Shown piece by piece: positions 26,501-37,100 of a stretch of DNA of 64,000 bases; position 1 is the first letter of the stretch; the number at the start of each line of letters is the position of its first letter. The notes below the pieces were generated by a model, which was given only the letters and a program-made list of their open reading frames with translations, had not been told where the DNA came from and made no database searches. The DNA is from Caecitellus pseudoparvulus (taxonomy: Eukaryota; Protista; Bigyra: Bicosoecida): contig CBFFRQ010000068.1 of the NCBI GenBank assembly GCA_965644315.1, forward strand, positions 372,001 to 436,000, in the 5' to 3' direction. The translations under genes and the position numbers were made by a program.

Positions 26501-29213
26501 CGAACGGGGGAGCTTGCACCATGACCGCCGTGCCAGTGGTGGCGATGGCCAGCACGGAACACGGAACATCGCCCAGCCACACCTGCACGCCAGGTGCGAA
26601 GGCCGAGGGCGTGTGAGCGTTCTGCAGCGGGCTGGTGGGCCCACCTGCCCGACGTGCCAGCCACGTCAGGGTGGCCGGGTCCCCCGCAGCTGCGCGAGGG
26701 AAGAGGATGAGGGGGGGCCCGCCCCCTGCCAGAACAATGAGGCGCTGACCGCCCCGAACACTCAAGCGCATGGGGGGATCTGTTCCGGGTCGTGGGGACC
26801 GTGCGGTGCTCCACAGGGCAGGTGGGGGCAGGGGGGCGTCACCGTGCACCCCCCCCTCCCCCGTGGACAGCAGGGGCACCTCCTCTCCCCAGCTGGACCT
26901 CCACTCAGTCCGGGTGCTGTTGCCGGGCCCAGGCACGACTTGCGGCTGCAGGACGTCTCCCACCCCTGGCAGCACTGCCGGGACCATGGTCGCGTACAAG
27001 GTGGCAGCGCCGAGGGATGGGCCCACCCTCCCCGCCGCTTGCATCTGCGCCAGGAGTGCCCCAGGCTCAGCGCTCTCCCAGCCGCGGGGAGGGGGGTCTG
27101 CCGTGCGCAGTCGGAAGCCCTCGCACATCACGCGCACATCAACTGCACCCCAGACGGCCAGCGTGACGTCTCCGCCCTCGGGCGTCGACCCCGTGATGGG
27201 CCCATCGCCCCCCACATACCACGCGTGGGGGGCGTTCTCAGGAGCTGGGTGGGCGACGTGCAGTGCGTGGGCAAGGCGCCCCTGCCCCAGCCAGCCCACC
27301 GCCCCTTCCAGCGTCCCTGCCCAGGCAGGCGCCAAGCTGCACACAGCCAGCACTGGCAGGGACGGGTCACTCGACAGTGCCCTGGCGTCCACTTGCATCT
27401 GCACCGTTACACCGTCTGGCGCGTTCACGCGGCTCAGCAGCAGGGCGGAGTGTGTGACGCTTGGGCGGCGCCTGCGCAGCACCCGCAGCGGGGCGCCATG
27501 AGCCGCGGCCAGGGCGGGGTTCGGACCCCCCAGAAAGTCGTCCACCCCCCCTGGCGCCAGGGCCGCAGTCTGCAGCAACTGGCGAGCCAGCACCAGCGGC
27601 CCTGCTGGCGGGATGGCCACGCCTGCATCTGTCAAGACACGCTCAGCATCTTCAGCTGACAATGCATCTGCCATGGCTTGCATCGCAGCAGGGGCCAGGC
27701 GCGTTCCAGGTGCAACCCAGCCTGCTTGAGCGAGGTAGGTCAGCGCAGGTGACGTGGCGTTGATGCCGCCTCCGCGCCCTGGCGGAAACAGCTCTGAAGA
27801 GGGAGGTGGGAGGATCCAGCCCCCCCCCGGTGGCTGCAGAGGGGGGGGGCTTGCGCCGCCTGGCGACAGGCACAGCAAGCACTCTGCGGAGGAGCTCGAT
27901 GGAGTGACAGAGGGTGTGGGGGATGCCGTGTTGGATGGTGAGCTCGTCACACTGGCCGTATTGGAGGGCGTCACGCTGGCCGTATTGGAGGGCGTCACGC
28001 TGGCTGTGTTGGATGGCGTCACACTTGCTGTGTTGGAGGGCGTCACACTCGCTGTGTTGGAGGGCGTCACACTTGCGGTGTTGGAGGGCGTCACACTTGC
28101 GGTGTTGGAGGGTGTGACACTTGCTGTGTTGGAGGGAGTCACACTTGCGGTGTTGGAGGGTGTGACACTTGCTGTGTTGGAGGGAGTGTAAGTGGGTGTG
28201 CCCGTTGGAGTTTGTGTGGGGGTGCGAGTGGGTGTGCGTGTCACAGGAGGTGTGGTGCTGGGCGTCACTGCCGCCGATGGCGAAGGCAGGGCGGTGGGCT
28301 GCACACACACCGCCACCCGCTTGAAGTTGGCAAAGCCAGCAAACCTGCAGTCACACCCCTCTTGGGCATCATTCCACTCGGTGGTGACTCCCCCCTGCGA
28401 ATACCCCAGCCACTTCTCGGTGTTGGTGCAGCCCGTTGTTGTGCCCTGTCGGCATGGTGTTGGGATTCCGTTGTCAGGCTGCCCACTTCCCCAGTTCTCA
28501 TACCGCCCCTCCGTGTTCCCCGGCATGGGCACCGGTGAGTTGTCCTGCACATACTTCCAAACCCCACCGATTCTCCGCGCGCCCAGCCACATGCCAGGCA
28601 GGCCCTGAATGCCCTTGGCTTGCATGTACTGTACGAACGCAGTGTCATCCTCTGCCGATGTGGGCTTTGGCATTTGCCCGCCCCATGCCGCACAGCTCGC
28701 TGATGCCGAGTACCAGCCGACGGGGTTGTCCCCTTTCTTGAAGCACAGGTGTCCCCGCGTTTCCCAACCAAGAGGGCAAGGGGTGCTGATCAGGCGCCGC
28801 CGGACACCTGTCAGGTGCTTCGGAAGCTGGGATGCTACAGCCCCAGCGTGTGGGGTCGGCATGGCGCCAGGCGGGGGCCCTGCTCCAGGCATCTCACTCA
28901 CGCGACGCAACGCAATGCCGCTGGGTGCTGGCGAAGCAGCTGCGTCGCCGGGAAAGTGCCGCTTTGCCGACGCCAGCGCCCCGGTGAGCTGGGCGGGGTG
29001 CGAAATCTTCAAGTCATCCACCTGCTTTATCCACGTGAACCCTGCTGGGCTGCTGCGTCGCCCTGGCACGGCAACACCGTTGAATAGGGCAACGGGATCG
29101 GCTTCCGCAGCTGCCTCATGCGAACTGCACCCGACAGCCGCAGGGCGGGCGGCAAGCGCCACCAGGGCCAGAAACAGCACCGCCCAGGTCCCGAGACCCC
29201 TTGTAAATGTCAT
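23574..29213 (-). CDS. Lectin-tipped multi-pass membrane receptor (signal peptide, 1 CTLD, Thr/Ser stalk, IPT-like and Cys-rich regions, ~9 TM); 1879 aa
   Basis: Signal peptide. CTLD CPLGW..LCF..WYSASASC..WLGA..WGSGQPDN..WND..VCV. (TPSNTASV)10 stalk. CAFGAADDC..CPGGYRRWPLPGYW..C Cys-rich block. Multiple hydrophobic helices. Clear paralog of the gene at 46517-59552. Confidence 0.85.
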   Translation of the reverse strand: MTFTRGLGTWAVLFLALVALAARPAAVGCSSHEAAAEADPVALFNGVAVPGRRSSPAGFTWIKQVDDLKISHPAQLTGALASAKRHFPGDAAASPAPSGIALRRVSEMPGAGPPPGAMPTPHAGAVASQLPKHLTGVRRRLISTPCPLGWETRGHLCFKKGDNPVGWYSASASCAAWGGQMPKPTSAEDDTAFVQYMQAKGIQGLPGMWLGARRIGGVWKYVQDNSPVPMPGNTEGRYENWGSGQPDNGIPTPCRQGTTTGCTNTEKWLGYSQGGVTTEWNDAQEGCDCRFAGFANFKRVAVCVQPTALPSPSAAVTPSTTPPVTRTPTRTPTQTPTGTPTYTPSNTASVTPSNTASVTPSNTASVTPSNTASVTPSNTASVTPSNTASVTPSNTASVTPSNTASVTPSNTASVTPSNTASVTSSPSNTASPTPSVTPSSSSAECLLCLSPGGASPPPLQPPGGGWILPPPSSELFPPGRGGGINATSPALTYLAQAGWVAPGTRLAPAAMQAMADALSAEDAERVLTDAGVAIPPAGPLVLARQLLQTAALAPGGVDDFLGGPNPALAAAHGAPLRVLRRRRPSVTHSALLLSRVNAPDGVTVQMQVDARALSSDPSLPVLAVCSLAPAWAGTLEGAVGWLGQGRLAHALHVAHPAPENAPHAWYVGGDGPITGSTPEGGDVTLAVWGAVDVRVMCEGFRLRTADPPPRGWESAEPGALLAQMQAAGRVGPSLGAATLYATMVPAVLPGVGDVLQPQVVPGPGNSTRTEWRSSWGEEVPLLSTGEGGVHGDAPLPPPALWSTARSPRPGTDPPMRLSVRGGQRLIVLAGGGPPLILFPRAAAGDPATLTWLARRAGGPTSPLQNAHTPSAFAPGVQVWLGDVPCSVLAIATTGTAVMVQAPPFADLCGEGGRACAQGASAYRPLSIANPFLLPAAWADSVAAAWAEAVADPTAAAWMWSDSAAYRALAQAAVAGPGPDGAVLWREGDTVSSATRCPGQCGGGQDTMTSSALPAQVDLARSLPAAGLAVLGTVVGAQVGGGSDSPSLPPSSFWDVPGPPFSAYARGPHVSQACSGYPDPASPLCQRAPTAATCAFGAADDCEPCGEGAVCPGGYRRWPLPGYWADGEASPAGVVRCAAPATDRCQGWNITTASAQCGEGYDPTVPACGACARGFYPALDGACVACADQGSSGDRASALLVPLAIVLGCVLGVFGLVAGLVAFALWRARAAGEKPISLAEGVRRAWVFVLWVVIMLQSVVQVGKAASPGLPPYLRTMYTALSVLQLDTSGAIPPACFSDTPFLNETLVLASALVLVLASALLPACPGRTPRGTGDGPTPRRCHPACPPLCHRVGEGLCGRGGPPPLAKPNVAVPELVHTNPMLSRAGGGPTPPPAPTPSPGCPRWCGFHAHCLRMAWALGKPWLRRGLFTALSVLYIMTANSALTLLHCSDSMAGQALDSSAARAFASWYEGGDAGAGEEGGDAPPPSPPSRWVPNPSFVCFEGPHLPAAILAAVGLVVVVVGYPLHTFLWVRRRAAHVLSKADGVRFTALRQAVGAAEGRGGGPTTPSSCLAWAHPCRSRRTCTVFLLGPMAWLPGGTPTPPDSPPDTPLRTPSQSRCSRACCAAAPTPAHAALYNHVDRHPLLAQLHSLTPFTATDFRPTRYFFRHLEWAVMAGLAVMLVFWDRPTNTGDAAWRLALTLALLLAQAACLLATQPYLPYEAYKNAVKPASLLLAAAAAVLNYISWAVQEGVPGAPSPQARDALALTVFAGSLALLFMLGVMFWLIMRRDVTVRHRGAAKRAGGAQPGGPTRRPSALPHLARNPVQPGLHLTPTARSLYGVVKAERRSSKVPSSLRPVQARSARKVSGPAQRDSARSLNS
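27946..28185. repeat. 24-bp coding tandem repeat x10 (TPSNTASV on the minus strand)
   Basis: Units of the type GTCACACTTGCGGTGTTGGAGGGC start every 24 nt from 27946. Variation is at synonymous positions. Confidence 0.95.
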
Positions 29214-29664
29214 GGCATGTGGGCCGCACTTCCAGCATAAGATCCGTCGCGGCGCCGGAGTGATTGGCGTGCTCCGTGTGTGTTGATGCTTGCTGCAAGA
29301 ATGCCGCCGCGCCGTGCCGGAAATGGAAGCAGCTGGTGCCGAAAGAGGAATGGCACGGACGCAAACCGAAGATAAAGGAGCGAAGGTTCCGTTTGCACGT
29401 CGATTTTCCTGCTATCCGTGGTTTGTGTGCTGCATCGACTGCCGTGCTTGCGATCCAGCAGCACGCATGACTTCGTTCCCCCTCATGCCGCCCCACAGTC
29501 ATACAAAGAGGGCATGGCACAATCTTTCACACCACCGACGCGCCAGGCACCTCACCTTAGGCTGGCGCTGCCATCGCCGTTCTCTTGCCCCTGTGCCGCT
29601 GCAGGTGCTGTCCCTGTCTCAGGCAGTGCGGAAATCGCAGGCGGTCACCCGCAACCCCTCCGCC

Positions 29665-30634
29665 ATGGCCATCATCGGCGGCAATGCCGTGGGCATTCCC
29701 ATCGTGCTGTTGCACGAAGGTAGGCTGGCAGTGCCGTGCCCCCTTCTTGCGCACCCGGTGCATGTGCTGCACTCATGCCTTGCGCAGGAGAAGGCCTCAT
29801 CGTGACCGTGGACACCAAGACTGGCACGACGTACAGAGGCTACTGCGTGGAGACAGAGGACAACATGAATGTGAAGCTGCGCAACGTGCTGGCGACGGGG
29901 CCCACCGGCGAGGAGCGCCCCCTGGACCACGTCTTCATCAGGGGCAGCCAGGTGAACTTCGTCATCTTCCCTGACATCCTCAAGCACTCGCCCATGTTTG
30001 AGCGTGTGCTGCAGCGGAAACAGGGCCGGGTCGTGGAGCGGGGCTTGGGCAGGGCTCGCTCCGCAGCCATCGCGTCGAAAGGTACGTGCAACAGAGCAAG
30101 TGTGCATTGCAGGCGCTTTTACCGGCCCAAGCTGGCCGGGGTGGCCGTGCTGTGCCCGCCGAGGCAGCCTCTGCAGCCACCGCAGCAGCAAGCAAATACC
30201 GCACGCTCACGCCGGCCCTCCACCCTCCTCCACGCACAGCTGCTCGCCGAGACCAAGGCAGCTTCGGAGGTGGCCCTCCTCGAGGTGCCATGCCTTCGTT
30301 CACACCCATGTACAACGCTGGGGGGGCTGGGCGGGGGCCTGCCCCGCCTCGGCCCGTCTATGGCTCCGCTGCCAGTGCTGCACCCCGAGCATCTGCGCCG
30401 CCTCCCTCGTACGGCGCGGGGGCCCCTGCAAGAGCGAGCGGCGGCAGCGCCCCCCCTCCCACGTATGCCCCTGCTGGCAGTGCCGCCCCTCGGCCGGTGC
30501 CATCAGGTGCCCCTCACATGGGGGGCCCGCCCGTGTCCAGCGGCATGGCTGGTGTGGCGCGACCGACGGGGGCAGCGCCTGTGGCTGGGCGCGGGCGTGG
30601 ACGTGGCGCCACTGTGCCGCACTGGGCCAAGTAG
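29665..30634 (+). CDS. SNRPD3: Small nuclear ribonucleoprotein Sm D3 with extended Gly/Pro/Arg tail (~247 aa)
   Basis: Introns 29720-29787 and 30082-30239. GIPIVLLHEGEGLIVTVDTKTGTTYRG..EDNMN..VFIRGSQVNFVIFPDILKHSPMF is diagnostic for SmD3. Confidence 0.92.
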
Positions 30635-30771
30635 CAGTGTTGCGCGCAGGGGCAGGCGTGAATGCAGACTGAATTGAGAACAGCCGGCACTCCAAAGAGG
30701 CTGCAGCCGCCGGCGGCGGAGTGGACGCGCCACCCGTGGCGAGCCACTGTGTGTGAGTCGAGCAGGGCACT

Positions 30772-31444
30772 TTACGCCACCAGGGTGGAGGCGGTGGCAG
30801 AGTCGTACTTCCAGTTGGGGGGCAGCTGGCGCGTGCGCTTGTAGTAGCGGGCGAAGCGGTGGATACGGGACTCGATGAGAATCAGGCGGAACTTGGAGTC
30901 CTTGTCCTTGGTGTTGCGCTCCAGGTGCTTGCGGACGTTGACGGCCTTCTTGATCAGGCAGTACAGGTCCTCGGGGATCTCAGGGGCGAGGCCTGCGGTC
31001 GTGTGGGAAGGGGGCAGCGTGCACAGCAGCTTGGCGGAGGTGCGGACTTTGAAGCCTGCTCTGCGAAGGTCAGCCAGCGGCACACGGCGCAAGCCACGCA
31101 CCGCTCTTCTTCAGCACACGCAGGATCTTGTTGCCGGTGACAGCCTTGACCTGGCCGATTCCGTGGGAGTCGCGCAGGACGACGCCGATCTGGGAGGGGG
31201 TCAGGCCCTTGCGTGCCAGCTTGCACACGTTCTTCTCCACATCCTCGGCATCAATTCGCAGCCAAGCAGGGGGGGTGCGGGAGTAAGGCAGCGCGCTGCT
31301 GGCGATACCCTTTCCGTTGGTGTGCATGCGGCTGCGTGGTGCGTGGGGGGCGTGGGTGCATGCCGGGAGGGGGTGGCTTGGCGGTCAATTTCCGCTGCAC
31401 GTGGGGAGCAGCAGGCGCTTTCGCGCGACAACCACTCACCCCAT
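30772..31444 (-). CDS. RPS13: 40S ribosomal protein S13 (uS15), 151 aa
   Basis: Exons 31444-31440, 31331-31102 and 30992-30772 give [76 protein letters not shown], at the canonical length. Confidence 0.98.
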
Positions 31445-31862
31445 GACTGGTACTAGTGTGTGAGAACGGATCCACAACACAACTCTGCACGTGTGACGCA
31501 GTAACTTTGGAGCGTAGGAAAGTGCTGCCATTTTGCGGCGTGTTGTGCATTTGGGACATCACAAATAACATGCGCGAATGATGCATGTTTGCGTCTCAAG
31601 CTGCCCACGCCTGCCAGCACACATGCCATTCGTCAAAACACTCGCGGAGGATGAAAACTTGAGCTTGCCGAAGGAAGGTTCCATTGTTGAAGCTGTATAT
31701 CGAGTACGCATCCCCTGATTGGCAGCGGCCTCGTTGGAATCCGGCCTGCAGCGTGGGCGCTGTGACTTGGCGTGCCCACGCCTGCGAAGGCGTGCGCGTG
31801 TCCAAGGCGCAGCACTGCCTCGAGGTTTCATACGCAAGTGCCTCCCTGCATATTAGCGAGAC

Positions 31863-32485
31863 ATGGCGGCAACAGCGAAGAACTTCTTCAACACGGCAGC
31901 CATAATGTGGAAACGCCTGCGGGAGCAAGACAAGTGAGCGCTGCGCAAAACGCAGGCGAAACGCGCACGATTAGCACACCGCTATTTCGCGAGAAGCGCA
32001 GGAAAGTCAGCAGGCTGGAGGTGGCTGGTATGTTGGGCCCACTGATCGTTGCCCCTGTCGCATTCTTGCTGTATGTGGAGTACATGACGCCTTTCATGCG
32101 GCGTGTGACACGGGACACGCCGCTGGCGCGTGAGAATGCCGCGCTGGACCCCAGTCAGCAAGCTTGGAAGCTGGAGCTGATGAACAAGCGCACGCTGAAG
32201 CTGCACGAAGACATCAAGGTCCTCTTCAACCACCTGGAGGTGCGCAGCTCGACGGAACTAGGTGAAGCTGCCCGTGCCGGCAGCGTTGGCAGCTCCCAGG
32301 ATCAAGGCATCGTGCCCGCGCTTTCCAAGCGCCTGGCCAGCCTGGAAAGCGAGCTGGAAGCTACCAAGGCGGCCCTGGCATCCATGCAGGCCGCTGCCGC
32401 TGCAAGCGAAGGGCAAGCCAGTGCTGCCCCACAGGTTGACGACGCAGCACCCTCTGCGCATTCCGAGCAACGGGCAACTTCATGA
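31863..32485 (+). CDS. Single-TM coiled-coil protein of unknown function (~184 aa)
   Basis: Exon 1 31863-31933 (MAATAKNFFNTAAIMWKRLREQD), phase-2 intron 31934-32001 (GTGAGC..CAG), then a TM segment (MLGPLIVAPVAFLLYV) and a coiled coil (KRLASLESELEATKAAL). Confidence 0.6.
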
Positions 32486-32587
32486 GTGGGGCTGCGAGCG
32501 CCTCAACCCTTGACTTGTGCCATGTAATGTATTCTCATTTCCACCCTCGGCAGGCTGGGCGAGTGGGTTGCAGCTGGCCGGGGAGCA

Positions 32588-32597
32588 GCGGAAATTG
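32588..32597. promoter_or_regulatory. Candidate start-proximal motif GCGGAAATTG (representative copy)
   Basis: Exact copies in either orientation at 15949, 16665, 31386, 32588, 35683, 60837 and 62731. Six of the seven lie within ~320 bp of a start codon. Confidence 0.55.
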
Positions 32598-32601
32598 AAT
32601 C

Positions 32602-34059
32602 ATGCAGGGGGCATGGTGGCTTGCAGCGCTGGTGGGCCTGGAGCTGCTGTTGGGGGGCCTGCACATCGCCCTGGAGGAGACAGCCATATTTGACTTTGAC
32701 GCGTACATGGAGCAGGCGTCCATGATCATGCAGGGACAGCTGAACTACTCAGCTGTGCGGGGCGACACTGGACCACTCGTGTACCCAGCCGGGCATGTCG
32801 CAGTGTACGCTGGCATCCACGCCGCCACGGGGTGGAACGTGACGCACTGGACGACAGAGTACGAGCCAAAGGCCATTCCTGGCTACGAGCAGCGCGTGCA
32901 CCGCCCGGCCGGCACCATCCTCGCCCTGCAGCTGCTGTTTCTGGCGCTGTATGCAGCGCTCACGGGCCTGCACGGTGCTGGCCTGGTGCAGCACACAGGC
33001 CTTCCTTGGTGGCTGTGGTTGTTAGTGGTGCTGGCGCGTCGGTCCCGCACTGTCTTCGTGCTGGGCCTGTTCAACGACGGCGTGGCAGCGGTGTGCATGG
33101 CTGCTGCGTTGCTGGCCATGTCACGGCGGCGGTGGAGTGCTGGCTGCGTCGCCTTTTCCCTGGCAGTGAGCGTGAAGATGAACAACTTGCTCTTTGCACC
33201 GGGCGTGGCGTTCCTCCTCCTGCACTACACAGGCCCCGTGGGCTGTGCGTGGCACATTCTGCAGTGTGCAGCAGTGCAAGGCGTGTTGGCTGCGCCGTTC
33301 CTGGCCACGTTCCCACTGCAGTACATCGCCGGCGCCTTCAACTTAGGGCGCATGTTTGATCCGCAATGGAGTGTGAACTTCCGCTTCCTGCCGGATGCCT
33401 ACTTCTCCAGCAAGCCATGGGCGCTGGTGTTGCTGTGCGGGCAGCTTGCGATGCTGGCCTGGTTCGCTGCGCGTCGCTGGGCTGCGCCGGCCTTGGCAAC
33501 GTCAGCACCGGCGCAGTCCCACGTGATCGACGGCCTGCCATGCACTGTGCATGGGGCTGGCGAGGATTCCAGGGGCCCGCTGACTGTGCGGGTGGCTGCT
33601 CATGGGGGCTCCCCCTGTGCTGGCGTGGTGGTACACCTGCCACCTGGCGCCGGCGTGTCCACGCTGCAGGGGCAAGGGCCCCTCTTGCGCCGCCTCGTCG
33701 CCCGGCACATTCTCTTCGTCCTGGCCACCTCCAACGTCATCGGCGTCGTCTTCGCCCGCTCACTGCACTTTCAATTCCTGGTCTGGTACTGGCACTGCAG
33801 CCTCTTCCTGCTGGCGTGTGCCGCCCAGAGTGTGCACTGGGCAGCCCCCCTCCTGACAGGGCTGCTGTTGCTGCTGGGGTGGGACGAACACCCACCACAG
33901 CCCTGGTCAGCTGCCCTGGTGGCCTCGGCACATGTGGCGCTGCTCGGCCTGGCGTGGGTGGGCGTGCGCACACCTGTCCCCGGCCCCCTGGCGTACCGCG
34001 GTCCGTGGTCCTTTGCATGGGGCCGGCCCATGCCCATGTCCAAGTCCAAGGCTGAGTAG
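32602..34059 (+). CDS. ALG3: Dol-P-Man:Man5GlcNAc2-PP-Dol alpha-1,3-mannosyltransferase (ALG3 family)
   Basis: Motifs DFDAYMEQ, GDTGPLVYPAGH, FVLGLFND, SLAVSVKMN.LLFAPG, WSVNFRFLP and ARSLHFQF.VWY. C-terminal KSKAE is a KxKxx ER-retrieval signal. Intronless. Confidence 0.93.
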   Translation: MQGAWWLAALVGLELLLGGLHIALEETAIFDFDAYMEQASMIMQGQLNYSAVRGDTGPLVYPAGHVAVYAGIHAATGWNVTHWTTEYEPKAIPGYEQRVHRPAGTILALQLLFLALYAALTGLHGAGLVQHTGLPWWLWLLVVLARRSRTVFVLGLFNDGVAAVCMAAALLAMSRRRWSAGCVAFSLAVSVKMNNLLFAPGVAFLLLHYTGPVGCAWHILQCAAVQGVLAAPFLATFPLQYIAGAFNLGRMFDPQWSVNFRFLPDAYFSSKPWALVLLCGQLAMLAWFAARRWAAPALATSAPAQSHVIDGLPCTVHGAGEDSRGPLTVRVAAHGGSPCAGVVVHLPPGAGVSTLQGQGPLLRRLVARHILFVLATSNVIGVVFARSLHFQFLVWYWHCSLFLLACAAQSVHWAAPLLTGLLLLLGWDEHPPQPWSAALVASAHVALLGLAWVGVRTPVPGPLAYRGPWSFAWGRPMPMSKSKAE

Positions 34060-34162
34060 CGCCGCGCGGCAGGTGTGTGTCGCAGCACGCATGCAGCTCC
34101 AAATTCAAACAGACCCTGGCACTGCCACGCCCACGCACCGCCACTGGCCGACACAACACACC

Positions 34163-37100
34163 ATGGCCAGTCGGCGAGCGGTGTCTGGGCGGGGGGGGGC
34201 TGCCCCCGCCCCCGCCACCTTCGCAGCCTACCCCTCCGTCGTGCACTTTGGGGGGTACAAGGTGGGCCAGCCCTGCACCGCCACCGTGCGCATCGTGAAC
34301 GTGTCGGGCAGCAGTGCCAAGTGTGACATTCTCGGCCCAGCTGCTGACGAAGGGTTCTCCATGCAGCATGCGCTGCGAGTGCATGACCGCCTGCCTCCGG
34401 GAATCGGTGCGTGCTGGTGGGAGGTGAGGCGATTTCCGCACAGCAGCAACTGGCACTGTCCTTCTGCATGCAGGGGAGAGCGTCACTGTGACCTTCACGG
34501 GGAGGGAATGGAAGTACCATTATGACTTCATTCGGGTGGTGTCTGACGGCCAGGAGCTGCGTGTGGGGCTGCATGCGTACCCCGTGCGTGCTCGACTGTC
34601 CGGGCGACTTGACATCGCCCTCTGACACGCCTGCCGCCCCCTCCGCGCCCTTCCCCCTGGCAGGTCATGCACAAGTTCTCCATTCCCAAGCAGCTGACAT
34701 TCCCTGACGTGGAGCTGGGGCAGCCTGTCACTAAGGTGCTGCCCCTCTCCTCCGCTGTGCCAGTGGAGTTCGAGTTCACCCTGGCCCCTGTCGAGACACA
34801 CCCGTCCATCCAGCTCGCACCGCTGTCAGGGGTCATCCCTGGCAATGGCAGCGTGCAGGTGAAGGCGACATTCACACCCCTGGACTTCTCCACGGTGTTT
34901 GCGGAGTATGACGTGTCCTGTTCGCAGTTTGACTTCACGCCGTTTCGCATGCGCATCGTCGGCAACGCCAAGCCCGGCGCAACCCGCGCACGCCTGCTGG
35001 CGGAGGCGGTGGAAGGTGGCGAGGCCCCTCCATCCACGCAGGCACTGGACATTGCCGGTACGTATGCTTCCACACGGCGTGGACCAGGCGCAGGCGCTGT
35101 GGCTGACCCTGGTGATGCGCTGCGTGGCCCTGCGTTGGCAGCTTCGAAACGCCGCGTTGCACTGCGTGAGGCGCGGGCACGCGCTGAGAGCAAGGCTGCC
35201 GAAGCGCGAGGGGAGGGGGACTTGTACCAAGCCATGTCTGCTCGTGGCGAGGTTGAGGGGGAGGGGGAAGTGGTGGTGGACGGTCTGCGCCTGCCTCGGC
35301 GGTTGGCGGGTCAAGCTGCCGTGAACGATGTGCTCATGCAGGCGCCCGGCAAGCTGCGCGCCAAGGACGTGGGGCTGGCTGTCGCATCCCACAGGGCCAT
35401 GGTGGCCTCCCAGACGCGTGCCATGGGGCAGGGTGCAGAGCCTGCCGCGGGCACGCGCAGCGCGCGGGACCTGCGGCACGCCCAGCAAGCTGCCGGGCCA
35501 GGGTTGAGCTTGCAGGAAATCTTGCTGGCTGAGAAGGCGGCTTCGTGGCTGGTGCGGGCCATCGCGTGGGCGGGGGGCCTGGGTTTCACGCAGGCCTCGC
35601 GAGAGGCAGATGCTGAAGCCCAGGCGGGCTTTGCCGCCCTGCGCAGCAAGCGCGAGGCGCTGGAGGGCCTCTTTGCCAAGATGCGGAAATTGCGCAGCTC
35701 GCAGCCGGACAGCGGCGCCGCGCCCCTCTCCCCTCGCGCCACAGCTGCTTCCCTCGCATCCCTGCAGAGCCAAGCTGTGCGTGCAGAGGCAGAGCTGGTG
35801 GAGGCACAGGCCCTCGTCGCCGCGAAACGCGACGCCGCGCGGGCTGCAGCTCGAGGTGACTTTTCGCTGGACCTGGCAGCCCTGGCGGCCAGTGTGGAGG
35901 ACCTCCCTGCGACGACGGAGCACCCAGTGGATGTGGCGCTGGAGCGCCTGTCCCGTGCGGGCGGGTGGACCCAGCAACACACCTCCGCGTACAGCCTGCC
36001 CGGCGCCACGTCGCCCTACGCTGCGCAGGTGGCGGCGGCCCAGGGCCGGGGTGGGGGGGATGCCCCCGCCGACGCCACCCCTGCCCTAGCCCCTGCCCGG
36101 CACTCGCGCGCCGGCCTGTCCCCCCTTGGCGCCGACATCCGTTCCCTGCGGGCCATGCTGTTCGCATCCAAGGTGCGCGGCATCCAGGATGCGGAGGCAG
36201 CGCGCCGCACCACTTCGCAGGGGGAGTGGGGGGGCGAGCCTGGCCTCACCCCCCAGGACCTGCGAGACATTAAGGCGGCACGGCAGGAGCTGGCGCGGCT
36301 GGAGTGCATCTTCGCATCGCGCCTGGGACAGCGCCGACGGCACATGCAGCTGCACGGCGAGGGGGGGGGGACACGGGAGGGGGGCTGGACCCCCCCTCCC
36401 CCACCCCCACCGGGGGGCCCCCTCACACCCGCTGCCATCGCCAGTGTCGCGGCGGCACCGCTGCCGCCGGGGCGCACGGTGGTGCTGCAGCCGGAACACG
36501 GAACACTGCGCGGCCTGGAGCACGCAGAGGCTGCCGCAGCAGCCGAGGCGGCGGGGGAGGATGAGGTGGCGGCAGAGGTGGAGGTGGCGGCGCGGCGGGC
36601 GGCGCTGCTGACTCTGCGCGATCTCTTCACGACGCGCGTGATCCGAGATCGCGCGGACCGGCGCCTGGGCGCCCTGCGGCGGCGCCTCGCGCACGTCTGG
36701 CGCCTGGACAGCAGCGACGTGGCGGGGCGGCGGGCGGCGGTGGCGGACGTGGTGCAGCGCGATGCGCAGCTGGCTGCAGCGGGGCGGGATGCGGCCGATG
36801 CGTGGCTGAGCGTGGCGCCAGGGTGCCTAGCCCCCGACGCGCTGGTGCCGCAGGAGGGGGGGGAGGTGGCGGGGGCGCTGGTCCTGGGCGGAACACTTGT
36901 TCCCAGCATCACTGGTTGCGGCCTGCACCCGACCCCCTCGGGGGATGTGGACGCCATGGCAGCCGCGGCGGCAGCGGCGCCGGGGGGGCACGCCGCCCTC
37001 GTGGGGGGCGTGCAAGCCGCCGCCCTGGCCGGGGTGGCCGATGTGCAGGAGGTGGTGTCTGCAGCGCCCCTGCCGGACATGGGCCCACTGGCCGCTGCTG

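Noticed and set aside
27946-28185. 24-bp periodic array as a CRISPR array
   Set aside because: The units are contiguous with no unique spacers, vary at synonymous positions and encode TPSNTASV. The context is eukaryotic and there are no cas genes.
30993-31439. U14 or other C/D snoRNAs in the RPS13 introns (as in vertebrates)
   Set aside because: Neither 108-109 nt intron contains a C box (RUGAUGA) with a matching terminal D box or U14 domains A/B.
31623-31718. 31-aa mini-ORF MPFVKTLAEDENLSLPKEGSIVEAVYRVRIP, and an antisense ACCTTCCTT resembling U14 domain B
   Set aside because: The ORF is too short, has no convincing splice partner and no homology I recognise. The U14-like match breaks after 9 nt and lacks the following D box.
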